A stretch of DNA of 63,572 nt, filler included, from Octopus bimaculoides (Eukaryota): NCBI RefSeq assembly GCF_001194135.2. It is 10 parts of 9 records of this genome, joined end to end, with 100 filler letters (N's around TTAATTAATTAA, not from the genome) between each part and the next. Parts side by side here need not be neighbours in the genome. Positions count along the whole stretch, not along the records: positions 12,862 to 34,196 come from NC_068994.1; 9 more parts are not named here. The stretch is one strand, 5' to 3'. This document shows, piece by piece, positions 13,197-24,438 of the stretch. A program made the translations under genes and the position numbers. The notes beneath the pieces were generated by a model. The model saw nothing but the letters and a program-made list of their open reading frames with translations, was not told the DNA's origin and did no database searches. Positions within the stretch are counted from its first letter, which is position 1. Every line of letters begins with the position of its first letter.

Positions 13197-14806
13197 GTAT
13201 CATAAGAGGAAGCACCAAGATTGGTTCAACTCAAATAATCCAAACATCTCTTTTCTTTTGGACAATATGCACAAGTGCCACTGCCAATGGATGTCAAATA
13301 AAAATAATGTCACAAAATGCAACGAGTTTTAAAAGGCCAGAAATACATGCCAATCTCAACTGTGGCAAATGAAACAGATATGGTGGCAAAGGAAGGCACA
13401 AGAGATGCAGGATACTGCGGACAGATGTGACTCCAGATGATTTTATCAGAATTTAAAGGGTGCTTTTGGACCTGCATCTGGTAGCTCAACTCTCATACTT
13501 TCAATTGAGGGTAATCTTCTGACAAACAGACAGAAGATCATGTAGGTTGTGATACATCCATATGGGGTTGGCAAGGCAAATTCAAACGGCCATCTGCTGC
13601 TATCGCTTTGCAGTGAGAATGGTATTTTGATTACCAATACTATTTTCCAACTCCCCAACCACCACAAAACTACCTGAATGTGAATTTAACTGTTGATGAA
13701 GAACAGATCAACAACCTACCACAGAGGCCTGTCCTAGAAGAACTTTCAGTTGCTCCAACAAACGCTGAAAAGGCCATAAAACAGCTCACAAATGGAAAGT
13801 TGTCTGAGAACGATGGCATACCAGCCGAGATATATAAATGTTGTAACAATCTCCTACTGAACAAGTTATGTGAACTTTTCTCCTTAATTTGGGAATCAGG
13901 ATCAATCCTACAGGAGTTTAAACACACTTCTATTGACCATCTTTATAAGCACAAAGACAAAAAATGTGAATGTGACAACCATAGAGATATATCCCTAATG
14001 TGTGTTGCCAGGAAGATCCTCAGAAAGGTTATCTTAAACAGACTAAATGATGCCATTGCCAATTTAGTGTTGCCTGAATCTCGGTGTGGATTTCGGGCTG
14101 ATAGAGGTACAGTGAATATGATTTTTAGCCCAAGGCAGTTGCAAGAAGATGCTCATAAGTACAACCGAGACCATTTTGTCATTTTTGTAAATTTAACTAA
14201 AGCTTTCGACACTGTATCTAGGGATGTTATTTCGGTTGTCCTTAGAAAGCTAGCTGTTCCCGATAGATGCTTGATGTTATCATTTCCTTCCATCAAGGGA
14301 TGATGGCTTCTATCAAATCTAGCAGAGAAGTGTCCAATTCATTCACAATCTCAAATGGGACAAAACATGGTTGTGTTCTTGCACTGCTTTTATTTGTTTG
14401 TATTTCTCCGTCATATTGGAAACAGCATTCAAGGGTGTTAAAGAAGGAGTAAGGTTTGAGTACAGAACTGGTGGTGGCTCATTCAACCAACAGTGCTTCA
14501 AAGCAAAATCTAAGACTTTGGTGCAAACACTTCAAGATTTGCTCTTCGCAGGTGATTGTGCACTTGTAACATACACTCCTGGGGGCATGCAATAGATTCT
14601 AAACAACTTCTCGCATGTATCAAAGGCTTTTGGTCTGACCATCAGCATCAAGAAAACTGAGCATCAGTCCATTCATGACCATCTTCCTGATGCTGCCCCC
14701 ACTGTACATGTTGATAAGAAAACATTAAAAACTGTTTCCTCCTTAATTTTTCTTGATTCCATTGTGTCCAATGATGCTAAGATGGATAAAGAAACTGAGT
14801 CCAGAA
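13197..14806 (+). mobile_element. RTE-clade (BovB-like) LINE ORF2 remnant, 5' half with RT domain
   Basis: Motifs RKHQDWF, KAIKQLTNGK..DGIPAEIYK, NHRDISL, LPESRCGFRADRGT, FVNLTKAFDTVSR, NGTKHGCVL, DLLFAGDCAL, FGLTISIKKTE; stops and frameshifts. Confidence 0.9.
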
Positions 14807-14866
14807 TAATAGAAATCAAAATAAAAAGAATAGTATGATTCAGTTTAAAGGAGAAAGTTGAGGCAT
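14804..14866 (-). pseudogene. atp8: NUMT: 5' end of ATP synthase subunit 8
   Basis: ATG CCT CAA CTT TCT CCT TTA AAC TGA ATC ATA CTA TTC = MPQLSPLNWIMLFFLFWFLL in mt code; MPQL is the canonical atp8 start. Confidence 0.9.
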
Positions 14867-14877
14867 GTAAAAAGTAC

Positions 14878-15396
<519 letters not shown>

Positions 15397-16405
15397 ATAA
15401 TAATATAGGGATAAAAATGACTGTTCCTAGTAGGCTGAAACATATAATTGATTTTATATTTATTATTATCTTGTTTGTTTTAAATATATAGAATGATTTA
15501 ATTATTATCATTATGGTTAAATTTAAATAGAAGTATAATCTAATGAGAGTTCCAATAAATAATATTAAAGATAATAAGATTATATTTATATTTAAAAGTG
15601 AGTTAAGGATTATTAATTTTGATAAAAATCCTAATGTGAGGGGAATACCTGTTAATGATAAAATTAACGTTATAATAAAAATATTTTCTTTATTCATATG
15701 TATATTTTGTTCTGTTAAAGAATATATAAATAAGGTTGATTTTATAGAAAATATAATAAATATAGGAAGAATAATAATTGTGTAAATTAATAGATAAATG
15801 AATATAAGAGAATTATTAATGAACCAAATTGGTAATATTCATCCTAAATGAGAGGTAGATGAATAAACTTTAATTAGTTGTATACTAGATTGGTTAATAG
15901 CTTGAATACTACCTAAAATGGAACTAATAAAAGCCAATGAAATTATAATAATATAATTAGAATTAATAAAACATAATATAAATAATGGTGCTAGTTTTTG
16001 TCAGGTTAGAATTAAAAATAGTATCATTCATCTTATTTGTTTACATATAGATGGTAACCAGAAATGAAATGGAGCTCTTCCTAATTTGATTAATAATGAA
16101 ATAATTATGATAGATGAAAATAAAGAATTATTGAATATTGAGAATGTAGAAATTGATGATATATATATAAAGATTGATCTTCTAATAAATAAAGATGATC
16201 TTATTGACTGAATGATAAAATATTTTATTGATCTTTCGATTTCAAAGTTTTTAGATTCAATATTTATTAAAGGTAGAATTCCTATTAAATTTAATTCTAG
16301 TCCTATTCATATTATTAATCAGTGAGAAGATGATAAAGATATAATTGTACCTATAATTATTATAATAATGAATATAAAGTTAGCAGGAAAAAATTTATTG
16401 TTCAT
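15397..16405 (-). pseudogene. nad2: NUMT: NADH dehydrogenase subunit 2 (frame appears open in mt code)
   Basis: MNNKFFPANF..SSSHWLMMWMGLELN..KYFIIQS..KLGSAPFHFWLP..LTWQKLAP..SSTSHLGWM..SLTGIPLTLGFLSKL. Confidence 0.95.
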
Positions 16406-16408
16406 AAA

Positions 16409-16472
16409 GAGTAGTACAATTATGAATTGCTCATAATAAAGTTAGCAGCTTTATTATATAACATTATTACTT
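16409..16472 (-). pseudogene. trnS1: NUMT: tRNA-Ser(AGN) copy
   Basis: Anticodon arm aaag-ctGCTaa-cttt, no D-arm, located between nad3 and nad2. Confidence 0.85.
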
Positions 16473-16818
16473 TTATATTCAATTTAAGGATCCTTGATTT
16501 CATTCGTGAAGTAATCCAATAGTTAAGATAATAAGGAATATTATAGAACAAGATAAATAAATAATTGAAGGTGAAAATAATAAATTAATAATTATTGGTA
16601 TTAGTAGGATAATTTCTACATCGAAGATTTAAAAAATTACTGCTAATAAAAAGATTGTATAGGAAAAGGGGAACGGGTATATCATGAAGGGTCAAATCCA
16701 CATTCAAAATGAAGGGTCAAATCCACACTGTTGGTTTTAAATGTAATTAATGAGCTGATAATAAATAAAATAATGTTAAGAAAAATAAGGAAAAGAGAAA
16801 TGAAAAAAAAGAATACAT
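16473..16818 (-). pseudogene. nad3: NUMT: NADH dehydrogenase subunit 3 with deletion and tandem duplication
   Basis: FECGFDP motif duplicated; FLIFDVEI motif; ends HEWNQGSLNWM-TAA. Confidence 0.92.
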
Positions 16819-16888
16819 AAGTATAGAAGATTAAAAAAACCTTATAATTTATAACATCAATATAATCCGTTCATTCCGGCGCTATACT
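16819..16888 (-). pseudogene. trnI: NUMT: tRNA-Ile copy
   Basis: Acceptor agtatag/ctatact, D-arm ccg/cgg, anticodon ttata-ttGATgt-tataa. Confidence 0.9.
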
Positions 16889-16889
16889 C

Positions 16890-16941
16890 CAGTGAAGAAA
16901 TAGATATTTCAGTTTTTTAATTAACAGTTAAATGCCTCTAA
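16890..16941 (-). pseudogene. trnN: NUMT: tRNA-Asn copy, 5'-truncated
   Basis: Anticodon arm tttaa-ctGTTaa-ttaaa, T-arm gaaat/atttc; 5' acceptor strand not evident. Confidence 0.75.
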
Positions 16942-16998
16942 CGGTAAAATAAATACCTAATTATGGGTCGAAACCATATATGAAAATTCATTTCTTGA
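16942..16998 (-). pseudogene. trnR: NUMT: tRNA-Arg copy, 3'-truncated
   Basis: Anticodon arm tatgg-ttTCGac-ccata, T-arm ggta/tacc; 3' acceptor strand missing. Confidence 0.8.
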
Positions 16999-16999
16999 A

Positions 17000-17067
17000 T
17001 GGTATTAAATAATTTAGTTATTACTTTTTAATTGCAAATTAAATTTTCTTATATAAAATATAATACC
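17000..17067 (-). pseudogene. trnA: NUMT: tRNA-Ala copy
   Basis: Acceptor ggtatta/taatacc, anticodon loop ttTGCaa. Confidence 0.9.
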
Positions 17068-17133
17068 ATTAAGGATTAATAAAATCATATCTAGATTAAA
17101 AGTCTAGTGCTTATTTAGTTTCAGCCACTTAAT
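17067..17133 (-). pseudogene. trnK: NUMT: tRNA-Lys copy
   Basis: attaagtggctgaa..ctaga-ctTTTaa-tctag..cttaat. Confidence 0.88.
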
Positions 17134-17159
17134 AAGATAAGAATTAATGGTGTTTTATA

Positions 17160-17914
17160 TTATGATCCTCATAAATATACAAAAGTATATAAAAATAGTC
17201 ATACGACATCTACAAAATGTCAGTATCAAGCTGCGGTTTCAAATCCAAAATGGTGTGAGGAGGAAAAATGATTTATTAAAATGTGTAACAAACATATTAA
17301 AAGGAAAGTTGATCCAATAATTACATGAAGTCCATGAAATCCTGTTGCTACAAAAAAGGTTGAACCATAAATTCTGTCTGAAATAGAGAATGATGCTTCT
17401 ATATATTCAATTATTTGGAGAATTGTAAAGTAAAATCCTAAAGAGATGGTAATAATTATGGAGTGAGTTGTGGATTTTAGATTGTTATTTATTAATGAGT
17501 GATCTATACCAGTGGCTAAAAGAATTGCTGTATTAAGTAGGGGGATTTGGAATGGATTTAGTGGGAAAATATAAATGGGTGGTCAGCATGAACCAATATC
17601 TATATTAGGAGCTAAACTTCTGTGAAAATATGATAAAAAAAAGCAAAAAAAAACATATTTCTGAAATAATAAAGAGTATTATTCCTCATCGTAAACCATT
17701 ATATACTTTAGATGTATGAAAACCTTGAAATGTTCTTTCTCGAATAATATCATGTCATCATTGAATTATGGTTAAAATTATAAGTAATAGTCCAAAAAAA
17801 AAAACAAGGGAATTTTCATAGTTATGAAATCACGAAGAGAGTCCTGTTGTTAAAAATAAAGCTCTTATGGATCCAGGGTCTAAATTCAACTAAATGAAAG
17901 GGGTTTTGAGTCAT
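17160..17914 (-). pseudogene. cox3: NUMT: cytochrome c oxidase subunit 3 with indels
   Basis: MTQNPFHLVEFSP..; [19 protein letters not shown]; WYWHFVDVVWLFLY..WGS-TAA; 755 nt versus ~780 typical. Confidence 0.96.
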
Positions 17915-18570
17915 ATAATAAAAGTATTAATTAAAATTTATTTTTTAATTAATTTTGGATTATTGACAGAATTTGGACAAACTTAGATGTATGATCTAAA
18001 AGAGGCATATTTTTGTCAAGAGAAAGAAAGGGGTGGGGGCTTTTAAAAAATGTTTGTTTTATGTATATAGTATATACAATGATGTATAAAAAAAGAAAGT
18101 AAATGAAATCATCGTTAGTTTTGAAAAATTGATGTTTAGAAGTGTTGATAAGCATCATCAAAATATTCTGATGAAGATTAAATAACTTATATTTAATTCA
18201 ATAATATCTTTAAATGAAATTCATAATGTTATTGAAATATTATTATATTAATTTCATAAATTGAGTATTGGGGTCTGTGGTTGTTGATTTTTATACTTAG
18301 GATATATATACTAATTTCTTTCTTTGGTTATGTATAATATATAAATATTATATAAATATCATTAAATATAATTGATCTTAATAATATTTAAATTAATTTA
18401 TTTCGAGTATAAAATAGGTTATTTAATTTTTTTGTTTTGGTTAAAATAATTATAATATTTATTTTTGTATATTATTATTATAATTAATCAAATTGTTATA
18501 GGTATGTATTTTTTTAGAATATTAGGTAATAAAAGTTGAATATTATATAGTATATAATGTAGTGTAATAT
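17915..18570. other. NUMT: AT-rich mitochondrial non-coding (control) region
   Basis: Very AT-rich, directly upstream of cox3 as in octopod mitogenomes; right boundary approximate. Confidence 0.75.
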
Positions 18571-18571
18571 A

Positions 18572-18607
<36 letters not shown>

Positions 18608-18653
18608 TGTATGTATGTATGTAGTGTAATGTATGTATGTATGTATGTAGTGT
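18571..18653. repeat. (TATG)n with interspersed GTAGTGTAAT copies at the NUMT right junction
   Basis: gtagtgtaat at 18559, 18621 and 18647. Confidence 0.9.
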
Positions 18654-19260
18654 AATTGGAAAGGCTAGCTCCGCTTTCGGTAAGCTTTATCACAGGCTTT
18701 GGAACAGCTACAACATATCTTTGAAGTGAAAGCTGATGTATATAAGTCGGTGGCCTTGACAACATTACTTTATAGTGTTGAATCTTGGACTCAGTACCAA
18801 AAGCATATCAACCAGCTTGATGCTTTTCACATGCAACACTTGCATACTATCTCCAGCATAAAACTGAGTGACCATATTCATAACAGTGAGGTACTAACAA
18901 AATGCAGCATATCAGGAATTGAAACCATCCTCATCAAAATACAGCTTAGATAGTCAGGTTATCTCTCACGTATGAGTGACATCAGAATTCCAAAGCAACT
19001 TCACTTTGGCCAGTTCCCAACAGGATGATATTTCAAAGGCTGGAGCTGTTTGAATGGGAAACGATGCCCCACCCACCATATCCGCCGGACATTGCCCCAT
19101 CTGATTATCATTTATTCTGCAGTCTTCAAAATCATTTGTACAGAAAAATATGAATTCTGTAGACGAGGGCAAAACAGTACTGGAGGAGTATTTTTCGTCA
19201 CGGACAAGTGAATGTTGGAAGAGGGACCTTGTAAGTCTACCAGATTGATGGAAGAGCATT
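18654..19260 (+). mobile_element. RTE-clade LINE, 3' continuation of the element at 13197-14806
   Basis: IGKASSAFGKLYHRLWN..VKADVYKSVALTTLLYSVESWT..LDAFHMQHL..NSEVL..QLR. Confidence 0.9.
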
Positions 19261-19824
19261 GCAGAAAATGAAGGAGAGTATATTTTAGATTTAAAAAAAA
19301 AATTTTGTTCATCTTAATTTTGAAAAATAAAAGAAGTATTAAAAAACTGCATTATTTATGGGATGACCCAATACTGCTAGATCAAGACTTACTTGGGGCT
19401 AAGCAACAATGACAACTTTTTAGTAGATCACAGTTTCGTGCACGATAGTCTATTCCTGATTGACTGGTTCTTCCAACTAAGTTTTCAGATTTTGGTTAAA
19501 TGTTATTAAAAGATGCAAAAAAGTGAAAGTAAAATGAGAAAGAAACTAACGTGAAAATAATGGATGACAGTAAGATAGGAAAGAAATTAAGTTATGGAAA
19601 AAAAACCAAAGTATGACACTTTCTGACTTCTTTATGAAACATGAGAAACAGACTTAAATACAGACTTAAATAAAAATATGATTTCATATTTTTTTAACAA
19701 ATTATATTCGTGAATGTCTTCTTGATTGTGGAACTTCATCTGCCACATATTTTCGCGAAGATAGAATGTAATAGTATTTCTGTTTACATCTAACTTGGGT
19801 AGTCTTTCATAATTATACATAAAG

Positions 19825-19872
<48 letters not shown>

Positions 19873-20467
19873 GTAATAATAATAATAATAATAATAATAT
19901 AAGTGGCTAGCAAGTATAAAGACCAAAAAGGTAAATTTATAAATTCATAATCAAGGGTACCAGATAGTACCAGCGTTGCTAGAAATAAAATTGCTGTAAG
20001 ACTAGCCCCAAATTCAAACAATAGAAGTGTATAACTATACATAAATAGAGATATTATTAAAGAAGAAAAAGAAGGAGGGGGAGGGGAGAAGAAGAAGAAG
20101 AAGAAGAAGAAGAAGAAGAAGAAGAAGAAGAAGAAGAAGAAGAAGAATATAAGTGGCTAGCATGCATGAACGACGAAGATAGGTGTATAAACAACAAACA
20201 GATGTATTAGTTTAACGCTCAGGAAGGTGAAAAAGTCTTTTACTTTTCGAGCCTACGCTCTTCAACAGAAAGGAACACAAGGAAATAAACAGAGACAGAA
20301 TAAGAAAAGCTATAGGGGCTAGCAGTCAATCATGGCAGATGACTGGACAGAGGTTGTTAGACAATATATATATATTNNNNNNNNNNNNNNNNNNNNNNNN
20401 NNNNNNNNNNNNNNNNNNNNNNNNNNNNNNNNNNTATGTATATATATATACACACATTTATATATAT

Positions 20468-20498
<31 letters not shown>

Positions 20499-20698
20499 AA
20501 CAATATATGAGTATATGCATATATATGTACATGTATGTACATACCTTCATCAACATGTACATATAGATACATATCTAGGTACATGACGTTGCAAAAATAT
20601 ATAGAGAAAATGATAAACAAGGTACAAAAAACAAGCAGGCCACATAGAGAACATATCCTTCATCAGTTGCCACCATTAAAACACTGGCATTTCGAAGA

Positions 20699-20746
<48 letters not shown>

Positions 20747-20953
20747 TTGTATGTATGTATGTGTGTGTGTGTATATATATATGTATATATATCCGTGTGT
20801 GTGTGTGTGTGTATATATATATGTGTCTGTGTATATGTGTGTGTGTATATTTATGTGTGTATATATGTATATATGTGCACATGTGTGTGTATACAAATCA
20901 GCGCACACACGCACACACACACACACTTACACACACACACTCACACAGATACA

Positions 20954-21400
20954 CGTGAGGGTCTGCTGGAAGGTTCATAGCCTGACTAAGATACTCTCAT
21001 GGGATGTGACCAAATGAGATTTCAACATAAGCCCCCTTGTAGTCCACACACTTCTTCCATGGGTGTTGCAGTGCTTGGATTCTATTGCTGAAGAAGCTTT
21101 CATCCTGTTGGTCAAAAAAGTCATCAACAGATATGACGTTATCATCACAACGATACTTGTTCCCAGTCAACTGGTTTTCATGTTGAGGAACAGCTGATAG
21201 TCAGATGGGGCCAAATCAGGATAATAGGGAGTGTGATCAACCAGTTCAAAGCCTCAGTCATGCACAGTGAGCATTGAAAGCAAGGATTTGTATGCTGGAG
21301 CATTGTCCTGATGAAACAAGACCCTTTCATCAGTTTTCCTGGCCGTTTGGTCTTGATAGCTTTTCATAACTGCCAATGCTTTTTTGTGTGGTGCCAGGCA
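20954..21400 (-). mobile_element. Mariner transposon remnant (transposase C-terminus and one TIR)
   Basis: Minus frame VLFHQDNAPAYKS..GFELVDHTPYYPDLAPSDYQLF (mariner HQDNAP and YSPDLAPSD-like motifs); TIR-like gagggtctgctggaaggttcatagcc. Confidence 0.88.
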
Positions 21401-21564
21401 TTTTGCTATTTTGAAGCAAATTTCTTATCACAGAGGACTTTTCTTATCTACAAAAAAAAAAAAGAAGAAAAACAACTTATTAGATATAAATGTGGCTGTG
21501 CAGTAAGAAGTTTGCTTCCCAACCACATGTTCAGTCCTGTTCAATTGACCTAGATACTCTTTGT

Positions 21565-21745
21565 TTCAGTCATTTGACTGCGGCCATGCTGGAGCACCAC
21601 CTTTAGTCGATCAAATCGACCCCATGACTTCTTCTTTGTAAGCCTAGTACTTATTCTATTAGACTCTTGTGCTGAACTGCTAAGTTATGGGGATGTAAAC
21701 ATACCAACATCGGTTGTCAAACGATGGTGGGGGCAAACACAGACA
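21565..21745 (-). mobile_element. SINE family B tail
   Basis: tttcagtcatttgactgcggccatgctggagcaccacctttagtcga..catcggttgtcaa. Confidence 0.85.
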
Positions 21746-23347
21746 CAAATACATACCTACATACATACATACATATATACATACATACATACATATACAT
21801 ACATATATACATACATACATATACATACATATACATACCTATATATATACATACGTACATATATACATATGTACATACATACATATATACATATATACAT
21901 ACATATATACATATATACATATAAATATATATATATAAATTTGACATAGGTGATTCTTTCTTGTCTTGGGATTCACAATCAAATGGCTGGGTGGAATTGT
22001 GCGAAAAATTACACATCCGGTAGGGATGCTGGGCTTTGTATTTTTTCATACCTCTCATGGTTACTGAGATAATCTACAATAATAATATTCTTGTGTTTAT
22101 GAATGAGAAAGGAAGGGGTGATAGATGAATAAGGAAAGAAGGTGTGATGTCATACTTGGTAGTGAGATTATGAAAATTGTACGCTGAAAAAATAAATCAG
22201 TGTTTCAATTTTGAGTGAATATATGTGTGTGTATGTAAAAGGGGGTTATGTGAATGAGTGTGTGTGTGTGTGTGTGCGCACGTGTGTGTGTGTGTGCGCG
22301 TGTGTGTGTGTGCATGTACGCGCACAGTGAAAGTGGGATGGTTCATCTTTGCTTAGTATTTGGGTTTATATTTTGATTTGGTTGAATCTTGGCTTTCTTT
22401 TTTGTTGTTGGTCAGTTATTTTTAGCATTTTGCCAGAAAAAAAGTCATTCTAAAATTGTTTTTTAACATAAGCGTGTCCAAACAAGTCGAATGCTTGCAC
22501 AGAGTAGGTTTTACAGCCACATCGTCTAAACCAACCAGGTGAAACCGGGCTTAGCTGCTAGTGTGTATATATATATTGGCTGATTGATGGGTGGACTGCT
22601 GAATTGGTTAATTAGTTGTTGGACTAATAAGTTATTGAAGATACTCAAATCTAGGGTTACCCCCATTCACTCTTGTCTGTAAAATAAAAAGTCTCCCAAA
22701 TATAAATTTAACAGTAGAAGTAATTAGATATAGAAATAGACGAATCACTAAGTTTATGAATAACTACCTTAGGAGCTTATTAGTTAAGTGACTCAACTAT
22801 ACAGGGAATCCTGCTGTCAGACATAGTAAATTTTAAGCATGATCTAAGGCAATTGGTCGGGTACAATAGTTTTTGATCGTATTTTGGGTCATTTCCTTTT
22901 GGCCAGCACATAGAAAAAATAATTTTTTGTAACTAAACACTTTCAAACTTCGAACACTGGTAGAATGTGTCATATAAAAAACATCTTTCACTCTTAGTGT
23001 TGTTGAGAAAAGTTTATATTTTTAAAGTTATTTCATGTTAAAGTTGTCGTATTTCGGTAATTTCATNNNNNNNNNNNNNNNNNNNNNNNNNNNNNNNNNN
23101 NNNNNNNNNNNNNNNNNNNNNNNNNNNNNNNNNNNNNNNNNNNNNNNNNCTCCCAAATATAAATTTAACAGTAGAAGTAATTAGATATAGAAATAGACGA
23201 ATCACTAAGTTTATGAATAACTACCTTAGGAGCTTATTAGTTAAGTGACTCAACTATACAGGGAATCCTGCTGTCAGACATAGTAAATTTTAAGCATGAT
23301 CTAAGGCAATTGGTCGGGTACAATAGTTTTTGATCGTATTTTGGGTC

Positions 23348-24402
23348 ATTTCCTTTTGGCCAGCACATAGAAAAAATAATTTTTTGTAACTAAACACTTT
23401 CAAACTTCGAACACTGGTAGAATGTGTCATATAAAAAACATCTTTCACTCTTAGTGTTGTTGAGAAAAGTTTATATTTTTAAAGTTATTTCATGTTAAAG
23501 TTGTCGTATTTCGGTAATTTCATCCAATCAATGACATCTATTGAGGTGAATAAAATTACTGCCATTGTTTGTCAACGATAACTATCGGCAGTGTATATTT
23601 CGTTTGTCACTGTTATTTATGACATCGTTTGTGCGTTTGTACTGGTTTTAGCTTTAGGGTTTTAGGGTCAGGGTTAGGGTTGAAATTTTAGGGTTAGGGA
23701 TAGGGTTTTAGAGTTAGGGTTTTAGAGTTAGGGTTAGGTTAGAGTTCGGGTTTTAGGGTTAGGGTTAAGGTTGGGGTTTTAGGGTTAGGGTTAGGGTTAA
23801 GATTTTAGGGTTATGGTTACGGTTAGGGTGGGGGGTTTAGGTTTAGGGTTAGGGTGAGGATTTTAGGGTTAGAGTTACGGAAAAATGTCAAAAATGAAGA
23901 AACTGGAGGGGGAGGGGAGCAAAACTGTTTTTCCGAAAATAGTAGCTGAAAGACAGGAAAAAAACAAACTAAAAGCAGTAGAAAAGCAAGAACAATTGCG
24001 GTGGTGCAATGAAGTAAACATGCTTCGGATACACTTGTTTATTCATACAAACGTAACTGAGATGAAATATGTCATAAATAATAGTGACAAACGAAATATA
24101 CACCGCCGGAAGTTGTTGTTGACAAACAACAGCCGNNNNNNNNNNCAAACGAAATATACACCGCCGGAAGTTGTTGTTGACAAACAACAGCCGTAATTGT
24201 TTTCACCTCAATAGACGTCATTGATTGGTTGAAATTACCAAAATACGACAACTATAACATGAAATAACTTCGAAAATATTAAATTTTCTCAAAAACGTCA
24301 AGAGTAAATGATGTTTTATGTGACACATTCTACTAGTATACGAATTTTGAAAGTGTTTAGTTACAAAAAATTATTTTTTAAATGTGCTGGCCAAGGGAAA
24401 AT
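23348..24402. mobile_element. Fold-back (MITE-like) element 1 with ~300-bp inverted arms around a TTAGGG-like core
   Basis: Left ggccagcaca..aaacactttcaaa..gttgtcgtatttcggtaatttc is inverted to right gaaattaccaaaatacgacaac..ttgaaagtgttt..tgtgctggcc. Confidence 0.8.
23654..23877 (+). repeat. Degenerate interstitial (TTAGGG)n-like array
   Basis: ttagggttagggttaggg mixed with ttttaggg and ttagag variants. Confidence 0.92.
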
Positions 24403-24438
24403 ATCCTACAAATCCTTTAATGATGAAAATTTGGTTAA

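Noticed and set aside
19900-20042. Hydrophobic minus-strand ORF MYSYTLLLFEFGASLTAILFLATLVLSG..
   Set aside because: No recognisable family, no splice donor, runs into a microsatellite and lies between repeat termini; AT-rich antisense frames are often hydrophobic.
22694-23523. 373-bp apparently identical direct repeat (22694-23066 and 23151-23523)
   Set aside because: The copies flank an 84-N gap and look identical, which is the signature of unmerged contig overlap rather than a real duplication.
23654-23877. True chromosome end or ancestral telomere
   Set aside because: Degenerate, short and enclosed by inverted arms that recur with the same TTAGGG transition at 25095.
24088-24193. 48-bp direct repeat
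   Set aside because: Identical copies on either side of a 10-N gap; assembly overlap.
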